A stretch of DNA of 64,000 nucleotides, taken from Antechinus flavipes. Lineage: Eukaryota. Position 1 is the stretch's first letter. The number at the start of each line of letters is the position of its first letter. The notes under the pieces are model-generated. The model did not search any database. It was not told the origin of the DNA and worked only from the letters and a program-made list of their open reading frames with translations. The DNA lies in the NCBI RefSeq assembly GCF_016432865.1, contig NC_067398.1, forward strand, positions 343,108,001 to 343,172,000. The letters are read 5' to 3'. Positions 25,905 through 37,300 of the stretch are shown piece after piece. The position numbers and the translations under genes are program-made.

Positions 25905-27475
25905 TGGTTTCTATTTCTTGCAATACACCTAAACTCTTTTGTGAATTTTCTTTTGAGTCACTTGAAATTAAGAAAAAAGAGAATTTAAAGGAAAATGATA
26001 CAAGAACTATATTTTTAGATTTTTTTTTTTGGTGCTTTTAAGAGTTTTTTTTTTTTTAATTGTTTCTGTTAAATGTTGGCTATGAGCAAAAATTATGATA
26101 CATTTTTGAAATATATATTTAATCCCTAGACCAAGTTAAGTGTGTACTGGGACAAAGCAGAGGGACAAGTATTTCTGCATCAACCAAAAGAAAAGTTCCT
26201 CACATGTTAGGACAATTTATTCCATTAAGGCACACAAAACTACACCCAAACCACCAAACCTTAACCTGTGTCACATGGTGAGGTTCTCTCTACCCTATGT
26301 AGCATCACATTTAAAACCAAAACACCATCAATGCCCTTCTGTTTCACTACCATGGAAAGTTTTATTTGGGATAGAAAAGCCATAACAAAAGCTATCATTA
26401 GAGAGTTAAATTCAAAATTGGTAAGAAAGCTTTGGTTGTTCTTAACGAATTTACATTATCTGGTTTTGATAAAACCGATACTGAAAAACGGGATTGCCCA
26501 GTTTATCTCTGAAAAAGACTATTATCTCTGAAAGACCATTAGGATATGCTTCAGATATATTTGAAAAAAAAAAAAAAAGGCATCAAGTCCCCTGGAATCT
26601 CCTTTTCACTTAGTTAAACACCAGCAATCCTTTTATCCTCCAGTTACAATCCTGTAATTCACCAACCGAATTGTCATTCTCTGGAGTCTTTCTAATTCAC
26701 CAGTGTCTTTAGGAATAGCTTCAAGCTACATTCCTAATGCTATTGAACCTGAGCCTTAGGGGTAATGTGAATTCCTTACTCTTCTTTCCCAGTTCCAGGA
26801 GATTGCTTAATGATCTGCAGCCAGTAGTTTTACTGGGTTGCTTTGTCAGTTTCCTAGTTTCAGAGCTGTAATCTTAGAACTTTAATCCAATCTTCTCATT
26901 TTGCAGGAAACAGGTTTAGATTATGTGATTATCTAAAGTCAGATAGATTATAATGAGTTGAGCAAGGATTCCAATTCAAGACCCCTGATTTAAAAGAAAA
27001 AAAGGTTATAGGAATGATACTGCAAAATTGGAAAAAGGCAATTCCATTCCCTACAAAATTCTAGTACATATTTTTAAGATAGCAAAACGAATCTCTCTGT
27101 TGATAGACAGTCTGAGGTAACTTTTTTTCAAATATTTATGATTTAATTGGCAAAGCTAGTATTTGCATATCAAACCAGATCATTTAATTCCTCATATGTC
27201 AGAGACAAGGAATGACTTAAAATAGAAAAGAGGGGAAAATATTACAGAAAGTTGTTTTAAATGTAATTCTGAGGTAACATTTATTAGAATCTTTTGAAAT
27301 AGCCCAGGCAATAAAATTCAAGATAGCCGCAATGAGGAAGATTTAGAATTTACTTGGTACCGAGCTCCGGATGGAATTCTGATCGAATTCCGTACCTTAC
27401 AGAACTAAAGACAGCCTTATAAGCATTTCTGTCCGGCTTGTTACATTTTAACAAGAGAACCCCACCTGAGCAGAT

Positions 27476-27871
27476 TTTTTTTTTGTTTGTTTGTTTGTTT
27501 GTTTTTTTATTTTAATTTTATTTTATTTAATAATAATTTTGTATTGACAGAATCAATGCCAGGGTAATTTTTTACAACATTATCCCTTGCACTCGCTTAT
27601 GTTTCGTTTTTTCCCCTCCCTCCCTCCACCCCCCCCCCCAAGATGGCAAGCAGTCCTATATATGTTAAATATGTTGCAGTATATCCTAGATACAATACAT
27701 ATTTGCAGAACCGAACAGTTCTCCTGTTGCACAGGGAGAATTGGATTCAGAAGGTAAAAATAATTCGGGAAGAAAATCAAAAATGCAAATGGTTCACATT
27801 CGTTTCCCATTGTTCCTTCTTTGGGTGTAGCTGTTTCTGTCCATCATTTATCCATTGAAACTCAGTTAGGT
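27476..27871 (-). mobile_element. Young 5'-truncated L1 with 10-bp TSD
   Basis: ctgagcagat at 27466-27475 and 27872-27881; (GTTT)n tail; near-identical to 39767-40135. Confidence 0.85.
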
Positions 27872-28957
27872 CTGAGCAGATGTTTTAACATAGATAGTTT
27901 CAGCTACCATCTTCCCCCACCCTTAAGAGCATTGTTGAAATGCAAAAGAAGTCCCCCAATCTAGCTGAGCAAACTTTCTTCTGCTGGCCCGAGGAGGAAA
28001 GGAGGGGAAAGGAGGGCTATTTGTCCATTTCACTTTAAAAAAACATAATAATGTGAAAAGACAATTTGTGGTTAATATTCCTAAATACTCACTACTTAGT
28101 TTCTTCCTGGACTATGGTCATTAAAAATTGAGAATTCCTTTCTGTAATCAGTATCTTTGAATATAAAATCAGACATATCTTAGGGTGTTTAATGGGGCCA
28201 ATTACCATTTTCTTTCTTCCTTTCTCTTTTCTCTTCCCAGTTTTTATCTCAGCCTCTCTCTTTTCTACTAGTCTTAAATGGGTACACTAATAAAGCTCCT
28301 CCCCTTGCCCAAATCCTTAGCCTAATCTCAATGAATTCCACAGTAAATGGTCAACAAAACAAAACAAAACAAAAACAAACCTTTTATTAATATCTGTGCT
28401 GGGACTGGAAGGAAAAGAAACAGGTTATTAAGGTTTTGACAAAAAAAAGTTATTTAAGCAGAATATTCAATAAAGCTTTATTTTTTTAGTATTACATAAT
28501 TTGCATGTAAGTAATAGACTCTCTTTCCTTCACTTTAGTTTAAATTTATTTAATTAGCTCCTTTTGTAGGGCAGGGCCGGACAGCCTTCACTGAAACTAG
28601 AAACTCCCTATAACAATACATTATACAGTATCTGGCATGACTATTAAAAAAAAAATGTAGAAGCCTAAAGTCACACTAGAAAACTTTAAGGATGTTTGTC
28701 TCCAGACTGCTCATCACTTCATTGTTCCAGTTTTTAAATGTTGAGCCAAATGCCCAAAAAACCAAAAAAAACAAAGCCATGCCCAATCTCATTATTATTA
28801 TTATTTTTTGAGCAATTATCACATCACACCCTTTGGCTAAAGACAAAAACAAAAAACCCTCAGTCTATTTAGAAACATTTATTGTGAACAATGAAGGGCT
28901 GAGATTTATCCTGCATTCTGATCCACATGATTGGGATTCTAGTGTCAGTCAGACAGT

Positions 28958-30060
28958 TGTGAAAATCCCCTTTTGGCTGGCACAGGTTCGTGGTGAAAGA
29001 ATTCATGAACCTGAAGAGTTTTAGGTGGCAAAAATGGAAATTTACTGTTGGATGAGAAGTCAGCTTTCTAAGAGACTGACTTTTGTTTAGGGCAAAGTCC
29101 TATTAGGGAAATGGAGGTTGGCACTGAGAAGAGAATGTCTTCTCAGCGGGTAGGATCCTGACCCGCAGCTATACCAAAGGACAAGGCATAGTCCTGCTTT
29201 GGACATTCTGCAAATAAGTGAATTTAGAAATATCCTTTAATAGGAAATCTTGAGGCTCTAGTTTCAGTTTGAAAAGAATGCCAAAGTCCCCAGGCCTAGA
29301 TCTCCAACTGAATGGAAATCACTTTTTGAAAGTTTCAGGAATTTGGAATTTCCTGAAAAGGGTCTGCATCCCCAAAAGGACCAATGGGGTGATTTGCCTT
29401 AGAAAAGGCCAGCCTGAGAAACAGACTCCATGGAGCCTGGGAGACCCTGATCTCTCAGATCAAAAGGGGACACAATTTCAAAGGGATAATTTTACTGATT
29501 AAAGGGTACACAATTTCATATCCTCCTCGAACATACCCTGGATGGAGGACTTGTGTTCCAGGTGGGACAATGATCTTGATTGTCATTTTGCTGAGGATCA
29601 AGGTCTGTGATCTCCTCCTGCATCCTATATCTGAGTACATGGTATTGCCACCAAACAGACACACTTCATGATTATGAGGTGAAGGCAGTGATGGGTCCCC
29701 AGAATTACTTCTCCCTCAGAATCAACTCTAAGTCTAGCTGATGACTATGAAGCAATAAAAACTACATATTTATCTAAGGAATGTGGAGCAATTAAAACCT
29801 CTTATCTATTGCTACTTGTTTCCTATACAACCCTATCCTTACTCTTTCTGTAAAAGTTCTTGATTATTTCCCTCCCTAAATTATGATCTTCCTTATCTAT
29901 CTTTTATCACTTAAAGCTCTCACTTGTTTCCTTCGCTAAATAACAATCTTCCTTATATTTCTTTTATCATTTACAACCTAGTACGCAGTTAGCCCGCTAA
30001 TCACACCCCAAATTTCCTCATATAAATCCTTCCCAAACGATTTCTAATTTGCTACCCTTC
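28958..30060 (-). mobile_element. Probable LTR/ERV-derived element (right boundary uncertain)
   Basis: Begins TG (tgtgaaaatccccttttggctggcacaggttcgtggtgaaag), resembling a reversed U5 end; minus-strand AGTAAA at 29041-29046; internal direct repeats and hairpins; no TSD found. Confidence 0.45.
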
Positions 30061-30149
30061 CTTTAGAGACTAGTCCATCAGCTATGGTGTAAAGAAACAC
30101 TTTTGAGACTTTAAGAGAATCTCTTTGAATTCTTTCAAACTGTGAACCA

Positions 30150-31360
30150 TGGAAGTGGCGCCAGGGATGCCGCAGGATTCCTTAGCTAAGAAAGATGGTT
30201 AGAACAGAGCATCTGACCCTCTCGTGGCCAGTAGTAACTTGACCTAAGGACTCCGCTTTTCCAGAGCAGGCCGAGATGCGTTAAGAGGATTATAAATACA
30301 GTCTCATTTGATCTTCCCGGCTGCAAAAAACTAAAGCAAACAGTGACCTGGAGGCAGGATTTGAACTCGGGTCTTTCCGACTCTAAATCCAGCGCCACTC
30401 AGGGTCTGAGAGGCACTGCAGGCTGAGGGCAGGGGGAGAAGTGGTTGGAGGGAAGAGGCCAGGGGGGAGGTGAGGTCAGCCCCCGTCCCGCGCACCCAAA
30501 GCGGTTCCGAGAGAGAAGGCTCGGGCCCAAACAGCCATTCCCTCTCTACCGCTTCCCTGGAACGTCCAAGTTCATCCTCCCAACTCCGCCCCTTCCCCTC
30601 TGGCCCTGCCCCGTACCTCGCCCCGCCCCCGTAGTGCTCTTCCTTTTTTTTTTTCTCCCACCCGGCCCGGCTCGTTGTTATGACGACACGGTCGTAAATC
30701 CGCCATCTTCCTGCGGCGCGTTGCGACATGGAGGGCGCAATGGCCGTGCGGGTGGCGGCAGCTCATACGGCAGGAGCCGGGGCCGGGGCCGGGCGGGAGC
30801 GGAGTGAGCCAGGAGGCGCAGCGGCGGCAGCGACCTCAGCTCCCGGCGGCTTCCTGGGCCTTACGACGCCATTCAGCGAAGAAGGTAAAGAGAGGAATCC
30901 GAGGCTGGTCGGCCAGGAGACTGCGGTCCCTGACTAACCCCTGACCTCGGACTGACGTGACCTCATGGGTGCCCCTCCCCCTCGTTGCCCCTCCCCCCCA
31001 GGGCACCCCGCCTTCCCCCCCATCTCGCGCCTCTCTCTAGGCTGGGCCGGAGCCAAGGCTCTCTAGCCTTCTTGCTTCCTGCCCAGCAATGCAACCCCTT
31101 CCCCCACTGACCTCAGCTGGGTCTGGGGAGGGGGATTGTGCCGGGAGGCGGGGCCGCCTCCACTCCTGGGCCCTGGGTCCTGCCTCTGGGTCTCTTTCCC
31201 TGCTCTTCCTGAGCCGATATTGTTAACCAGACCTGGAGCGAAATGGGGCGAGGGTTTGCAGGAAGGAGCTCCGGGTCTGCAGTCCTGAGGGTGAGGCCCG
31301 GAGCTGCCGCGGGCTTGCTGTGTAATGGAAGTTTCTCTAGGCCTCCGTTTTCTATCAATA
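30150..31360. promoter_or_regulatory. CpG island / E4F1 promoter
   Basis: CpG-dense; GC boxes near 30585 and 30620; YY1 motif CCGCCATCTT at 30700-30709; ETS core CTTCCTG at 30707-30713. Confidence 0.85.
30728..30884 (+). CDS. E4F1: E4F1 exon 1
   Basis: MEGAMAVRV...GFLGLTTPFSEE; G|gtaaag. Confidence 0.96.
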
Positions 31361-34300
31361 ATAATATTTATTTATATAACACTTACCGTGTGCCAAGTAC
31401 TCTTTACTATCTCATTTGAACTTGCCAATAACCCTGAGAAGTAGGGACTATTTTAGAAAGGAGGAAACTCCAGCCGAGGTGCAGTGACTTGACTAATCAC
31501 ACACAGCTGGTAGCTCCGGCCAGATTGAATCTTCCTGACTGCAGAAGCAGGGGATTGACTAGATGGTTTCTAAAGTCTTTTTCAGCTCTGGATTTTCTGC
31601 AAATCTGAAATGGGACAACCCACGGAGTAAGGAGTCCTGTTGTCTCACGGGGTATTTCGCAGTTTTCCCGGTTCTCCCCATTTTATTGTTCTAGAAAGCA
31701 GCTAGCTCTGTGACTGATTGTGCCTGCTGCAATTTCTTCGACTGCCAAATGGGATTGTGAGAATTAAATGAGAGAATAACTAAATCGCTTAGCGCAGTGC
31801 TGCCCATAGTAATCATTATAGAAATACTAGTTCTTGTTATTATAGAACTACCGCCTTGGTCCTCTGAAATCAGGGACGGAGGAGAGAGGGAGAATGAACC
31901 TTTTTTCTGGAACCAGGGAATGAGGCGGCTGTGGAGGAGAGGGAAGAAGAGAGATTGGTACTGAGAATTACCTTCACTAGGTCTTAGTCTCTCCCACTAG
32001 GAAATGGGCACTCTGGAAGTGCAATGTAGTCTGCGTGAAGCCATCTGGTTGTGGAAGCTGGGAGAGCCTCCAATTGTTTGTGATGCAAGGAGCTAATTTC
32101 CTGTGGTTTTTCTGATGTAGTTCTGCGTTATATGTACACATTAAACCTAACTAGAGGGCTGGACAGGAGTCCTTCCGCCGTGACTGAGTTCCTGCCTTTG
32201 AGAAGTTGTGAGTCAGGAAGAGACATCTACTTCAGAGCCCTTAGGCATAACCTCTAGTATTATTGTATGTCTGTGACCTAGTCTGGTTACAGTCTAAGAT
32301 CTACCCTTTGATCCAGATTGCACTTTTCAACTGAGTTCTCTACCTTGCCTTGCTTCTGTAGAACATTGATTGTTTAAATCTGTTGTCATCTTTTCAAGTT
32401 TGCTGATTATTGAGTGAATTCTCAGAATTGTTGATTTACATTTTATTAATGATTTGGAGCAATTTAATAGTTTTCAGGAGTCTTGAGAATTATATTCTTT
32501 TACTGCTGAGAAATAGCTCATTATGTATAATCAAATCCTAATCAAAGATACTTGTAAAGAACAAAAATTTTGTCCCCAGTTGATTCATAAGAGATGAATT
32601 TCAACAATTCAGACTGTGGAAATGATTTTTATTTCTTCTATTCCATTTACTTCATATTTGCTTTCGACTTCTGACCTCATTGTTTATCTGAAACTACTCT
32701 GAAAGATTGCTAATGATCTTTTAATTGTGAAATCCTACTCCTAATTTTCATCATCTTCAGCTTTCAATAACACTTGACAATGTTGACTGCCACCTTTTTT
32801 TCTCTGAGTTTCCATGATGCTGTTCTGTCCTGATTCGTTTATCTTTTTGACCCTCTTAGTCTCTCTTGTTGGATCATCATTATCTTCCATGCCCTGCTCC
32901 CTAACTGTGGGCAAGTTCTCCCAAATTGTCTTGAGCCATCATCTTTTGTCTACACCTACTCTCTTGGTAATCTCATTTACTACCATGCATTCACTTGTAA
33001 TTTCTCTATCAAAGACTAACAGATCTATATATTCAACTTATCTCTCATGACTGAGTTCTGGTCTGGTAGAAAACATCTGGTACCAGATGTTTTCAACTGC
33101 CTGTCTCATAGAGATCTCAAATTCAGTTATGTCCAAAATAAGAATTCAGTATCTCCCCCCCCCCAAAAAAAAAAAAAAATCCATCACTCTTTTAGTCTTC
33201 CCACCATTGGCGCCACCATTTTTCAGTCATTGAGGTTTACAAGTTTGCTGTCAATTTCAACTTTTCCTTCTCTCTCTTATCCCATATCTAATGCCTTTCT
33301 AAGGTTGTCTCCTTTGACAACATTTGCTCAACCCTTACTGCAGTTCACTTGCCTCATGCCTGACTAGTATAACCACCTTCCCTTTATACTTCTGGTATTC
33401 TTTCTCTCACCTGATCTTGTACACAGCTGCTAAAATGCCTTTCTCAAGTACAGATATCTTGAGAACTCTCAGTGCCCCTCTGCTTTCTCCAGGATAAAGT
33501 ATCAGTTCTTTAGCTTTGCATTTTAATCAAATGTCACAATTTGATGTATTGATATAGCAGCCAACCTTTCCAGGGTTATGGGACATTATTCTACTTCTTG
33601 CATTCTGCAGTCTAGCCAAGTCTACTTGCTTTTTCCTTTAACTCGGCAATCCTCCTGCCTCCCTGATAGTCTGTCCTCTGGGTCCTCCTCCTATTCTTTA
33701 AAACCCTTAGCCTTCTTTACACTGAAGCTCATAAGCCATTTTCCACAGAGGGCCTTCTCCACTTTTTGGCTATCTGGACCAAGCCTGTGGACCTCTTCTC
33801 AGAATAATGTTTTATAAATGCATAGGTAATTCAGTGGATAGAGTGCTGGGCCTGGAGGTAGAAAGTTCAAATCTGGTCTCAGATGCTTTTTAGCTGTGAG
33901 ACTTTGGGCAAGTCATTTAATCCTGCTTACCTCAGTTTCCTTATCTATAAAATGAGCTGGAGAATTCAATGAATGGCAAACTACTTCAGGAACTCTGCCA
34001 CAAAAAGCCCCAAATAGAGTCATGAAGAATCAGACACAACTGAAAAACCACTGAATAAAATAAAATACATAAAATTAGAAAGGAAAACCATTATATTACT
34101 ACAAAAAAAAAATTTTTTTTAACTCTTGTCTTCCTGGAAGGTCATTCTTGTCCCTTTCAGTATTTAGTGAACTTTTTTTTCCTCTCAAATGTTCTTTTTG
34201 ATGATTAGCTGAACCTTGGCTCCTTTCTCTGCTTGTGTCCCTCCTCCAAGTAGAAGTATTCTCCTAGACAGGGATGCAAGGATTGTTTTACCTTGTGCCT

Positions 34301-37300
34301 TTGTGTCCTCATTTCCCATACACACATACTCACTTTCACATTCTTAATAAGTGCTTATTGGATTAGATTGGAGATGATGGACCCTTTCAGAATAATCAAA
34401 AGTAGGAGTGGATGACACAAGATCAGAAAGTGATGAATGTCAGGATTCTTTTCCTTCTTTAGTCAGTTAATCTGGAAAATGGAAGAATTATTGCTGAATT
34501 CTCCTAATCCTTTGCAAAGGACCTTGACTTGTTTAACTGAAAGCAAATTTTATAAAATCTTTGATCTTGGGCTTTTGTGCTCTCACTGTGTTTCCAAGTT
34601 TGGTCTAGGGCTGTTGCTGACTCTGCTAGGCAGCCCAGAACTTTATGCAGTTCCAGGTAGCCTGCATCTTTTGAGGACAGAATATTTATTTACATTTCAG
34701 CAAATAGGAGTAGGATAAGGAAGCTGGAAAAAGAACTTGAGCCTTGCTTGCTTTTCTTGGTCCTGTCATAGGCAGATGGATCTGACCTGTACCAAGTTTG
34801 TTTTTAGTTCTTACTTGCTTACCTTGTCCTAGTCCTTTGCAGGGACTAGGTTTCTAAGGGTAGACCTATGGCAGATTTTAGGTACTGGTTCTGCCAATAA
34901 CAAGAACTCTATTAAGGGTTTCTTGGTAACTTGGAGAGATTTGAGAAGTTTGTCCTCCACATGTGCAAAAGTTTGTGGCAGTCCTTTTTGTAGTGGCTAG
35001 AAACTGGAAACTGAATGGATTCTCATTAATTGGAGAATGGCTGAATAAAATATGGCATATGAATGTTATGGAATATTACATTTCTGTAAGAAATGACCAA
35101 CAGGATGATTTAAGAGAGGTCTGGGGAGACTTACATGAACTGGTGCTAAGTGAAATGAGCAAAACCAGGAGATCATTATACACAGCAATAACAAGACTAT
35201 ACGAAGATCAACTCTGATAGATAATGGCTTTCTTCAATAATCAGATGATTCAAACCAGTTCCAATTGTCCAGTAATGAAGAGTCATCTATACCCAGAGAG
35301 AGAACTATGGGAAATGAGTGTGGACCACAACACAGCATTCTCACTCTTTCTGTTATTGTTTCCTTGCATTTTTGTTTTCCTTCTCAGGTTTTTTCTTTCT
35401 TTCTAGTTCTGGTTTTTCTTGTGCAACAAGATAACTGTATAACCATGTATACCTATATTGGATTTAACATATATTAAAAAAAAAGAAGAAAAAGAAGAAG
35501 TTTGTCCTGCTTCTTATTCTGAAAAGTGAGGATGGTGCCCAGAGCCCAGGACATCCTGGAGACCTTTCCCCTCTTTAGATAGTTGTGCGTGTCTACTTTG
35601 GCAGGGCAGATATTTGGATGAGGCACAGGTGTAAATCTTTAAAACTCGATTTCTTGATATTTGAGCTGCCTTTTATTTCATACAGCTTGAGGAGTCTTCA
35701 AATATTGAATTAGTTATTTTCAAGATATAGCATGCTTGAGATGTTTGCAAGGCCTCCAGTCTCCTCCAAGTGAGTTTTGATTAACTAGCTCTGCTCCTCA
35801 ATATCCTTCCAAAATGTGTGGCTACAAAGTGAACATGATAATGCAGAAGAGAGCACAGGGGAGCTGTCACTTCATTTGCTTTTTGCTTTAAACATCTTTT
35901 AATATTGCTTAAGATTGGCTTAGCTATTGTGACAGCCTTATTGCAATATTGATTCATATTGATTTTGCAGTCCATGAAAACTCCCAGATTTTCACTTTAT
36001 GGTGGCATTTTCACTTAAATTTGCTTACCCACAGCTTTCACTTTCTTTGTACAGTCTTTTTTTTTTTTTTTTTTTTTTAAATACAAGTGTAGCATTCTCC
36101 TCATTAAATTTCAGGTTCATTATTTTAGCCTGGTAAAATCTTTTAAATTCCAGTTTTGTCCTCTAACGTATTAGCTAATCCCTGCAGCTTTATGTAGGCC
36201 ATAACTCTAGATGGGGTAATATTAGTTTTCCTGACAAGCCAGGGCCAGTATGAGCCCGCAGTGTTTGAATTGCCCTCAGGAACAATGCCCAGAAATGGAT
36301 TCTATTAGCCTAAATCAGAAAGTGGAAAGAGCACCAACTGATATTGAAGGAAAGAAACTTTCTAGGATGACCAGCTTCCAGATAATCTTTTTTTGAATGT
36401 CCTTTGTGAAAAGGATCTGGGGCCTTGATCGCCATCATTTTAAGAAACTGAGGCTATTTAACATAGAGAAGAAAAGAGTAGGGGGAAGAGGGAGAATGAT
36501 TTATAATTGTTGCCTTCAACTATCTGAAAGGTTGTTAAGCAGAAATTATTTTAACTCCTAAGAATAGTTAGGACTAGCAAGTGAAAGTTATAAGAAGACA
36601 GTTTAGTTTAACATAGGAAGATGCTGAAAACTTATTTTCGATCAGAACTCTTATCACCTAACTGAATTAATTGATTTCCCTCCTCTCCTTTTCCAGTCTA
36701 TGCTCTACACAACTGCCAAAGTGCTATTCCTAAAATATATCTGTGAGCATATCACTTCCCTACTCAATAAACAAATTAGCATCAGTAGTTCCCTATTGCT
36801 GGATTTTAAAGCCTTTTATAACCTGGTTTTTAACTACTTTCTTAGCCTTATTATACCTTCTTACTCTCTGTGGACTAGCCAGAATGGCCTTTCATTTCTC
36901 ATACAGGGCACTCCGTGTCTAATCTCATTATTTTGACATTTACCATACCCAGGTCGGGAATGCCTTTCTCTCTCAACCCTTAGAATCTGTTGTTTCTTTC
37001 AAAACTCAATTCTTTCAAGAAAGAAACCTTTTTTGATCGCCAGCGACTAGTTCTTCCTTCTCAAGTTATCTTGGATATAATTACAAATTTGTATGTTATC
37101 TTCCCCAATAAAATATCAGCTTTTTTAGGCAAGCAATTGTTTTATTTTTGTGTCTATACCCTAGCACTAGTGATGCTTGGCACATAAAATAGTAGGTTTT
37201 TAATAAATGTTCATTGGTTAATTTTTAAAATAGAAGGAAGTATCTGAGAAGTGATTATGATCTTGAAGTGTTCAAGCAGTGGCTGGATAGTTACATATCA

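Noticed and set aside
27161-27424. Octamer plus TTATAAG as a type-3 Pol III (U6/H1-like) promoter
   Set aside because: The only PSE-like stretch (GTACCTTACAGAACTAAAG) is about 25 nt from the TATA-like motif rather than about 35, and no known snRNA follows.
34430-34497. GTGATGA...CTGA in E4F1 intron 1 (sense) as a C/D snoRNA
   Set aside because: Only a 4-bp offset stem, no clear C'/D' boxes and no recognisable rRNA guide; within chance expectation. A snoscan/Infernal hit would reverse this.
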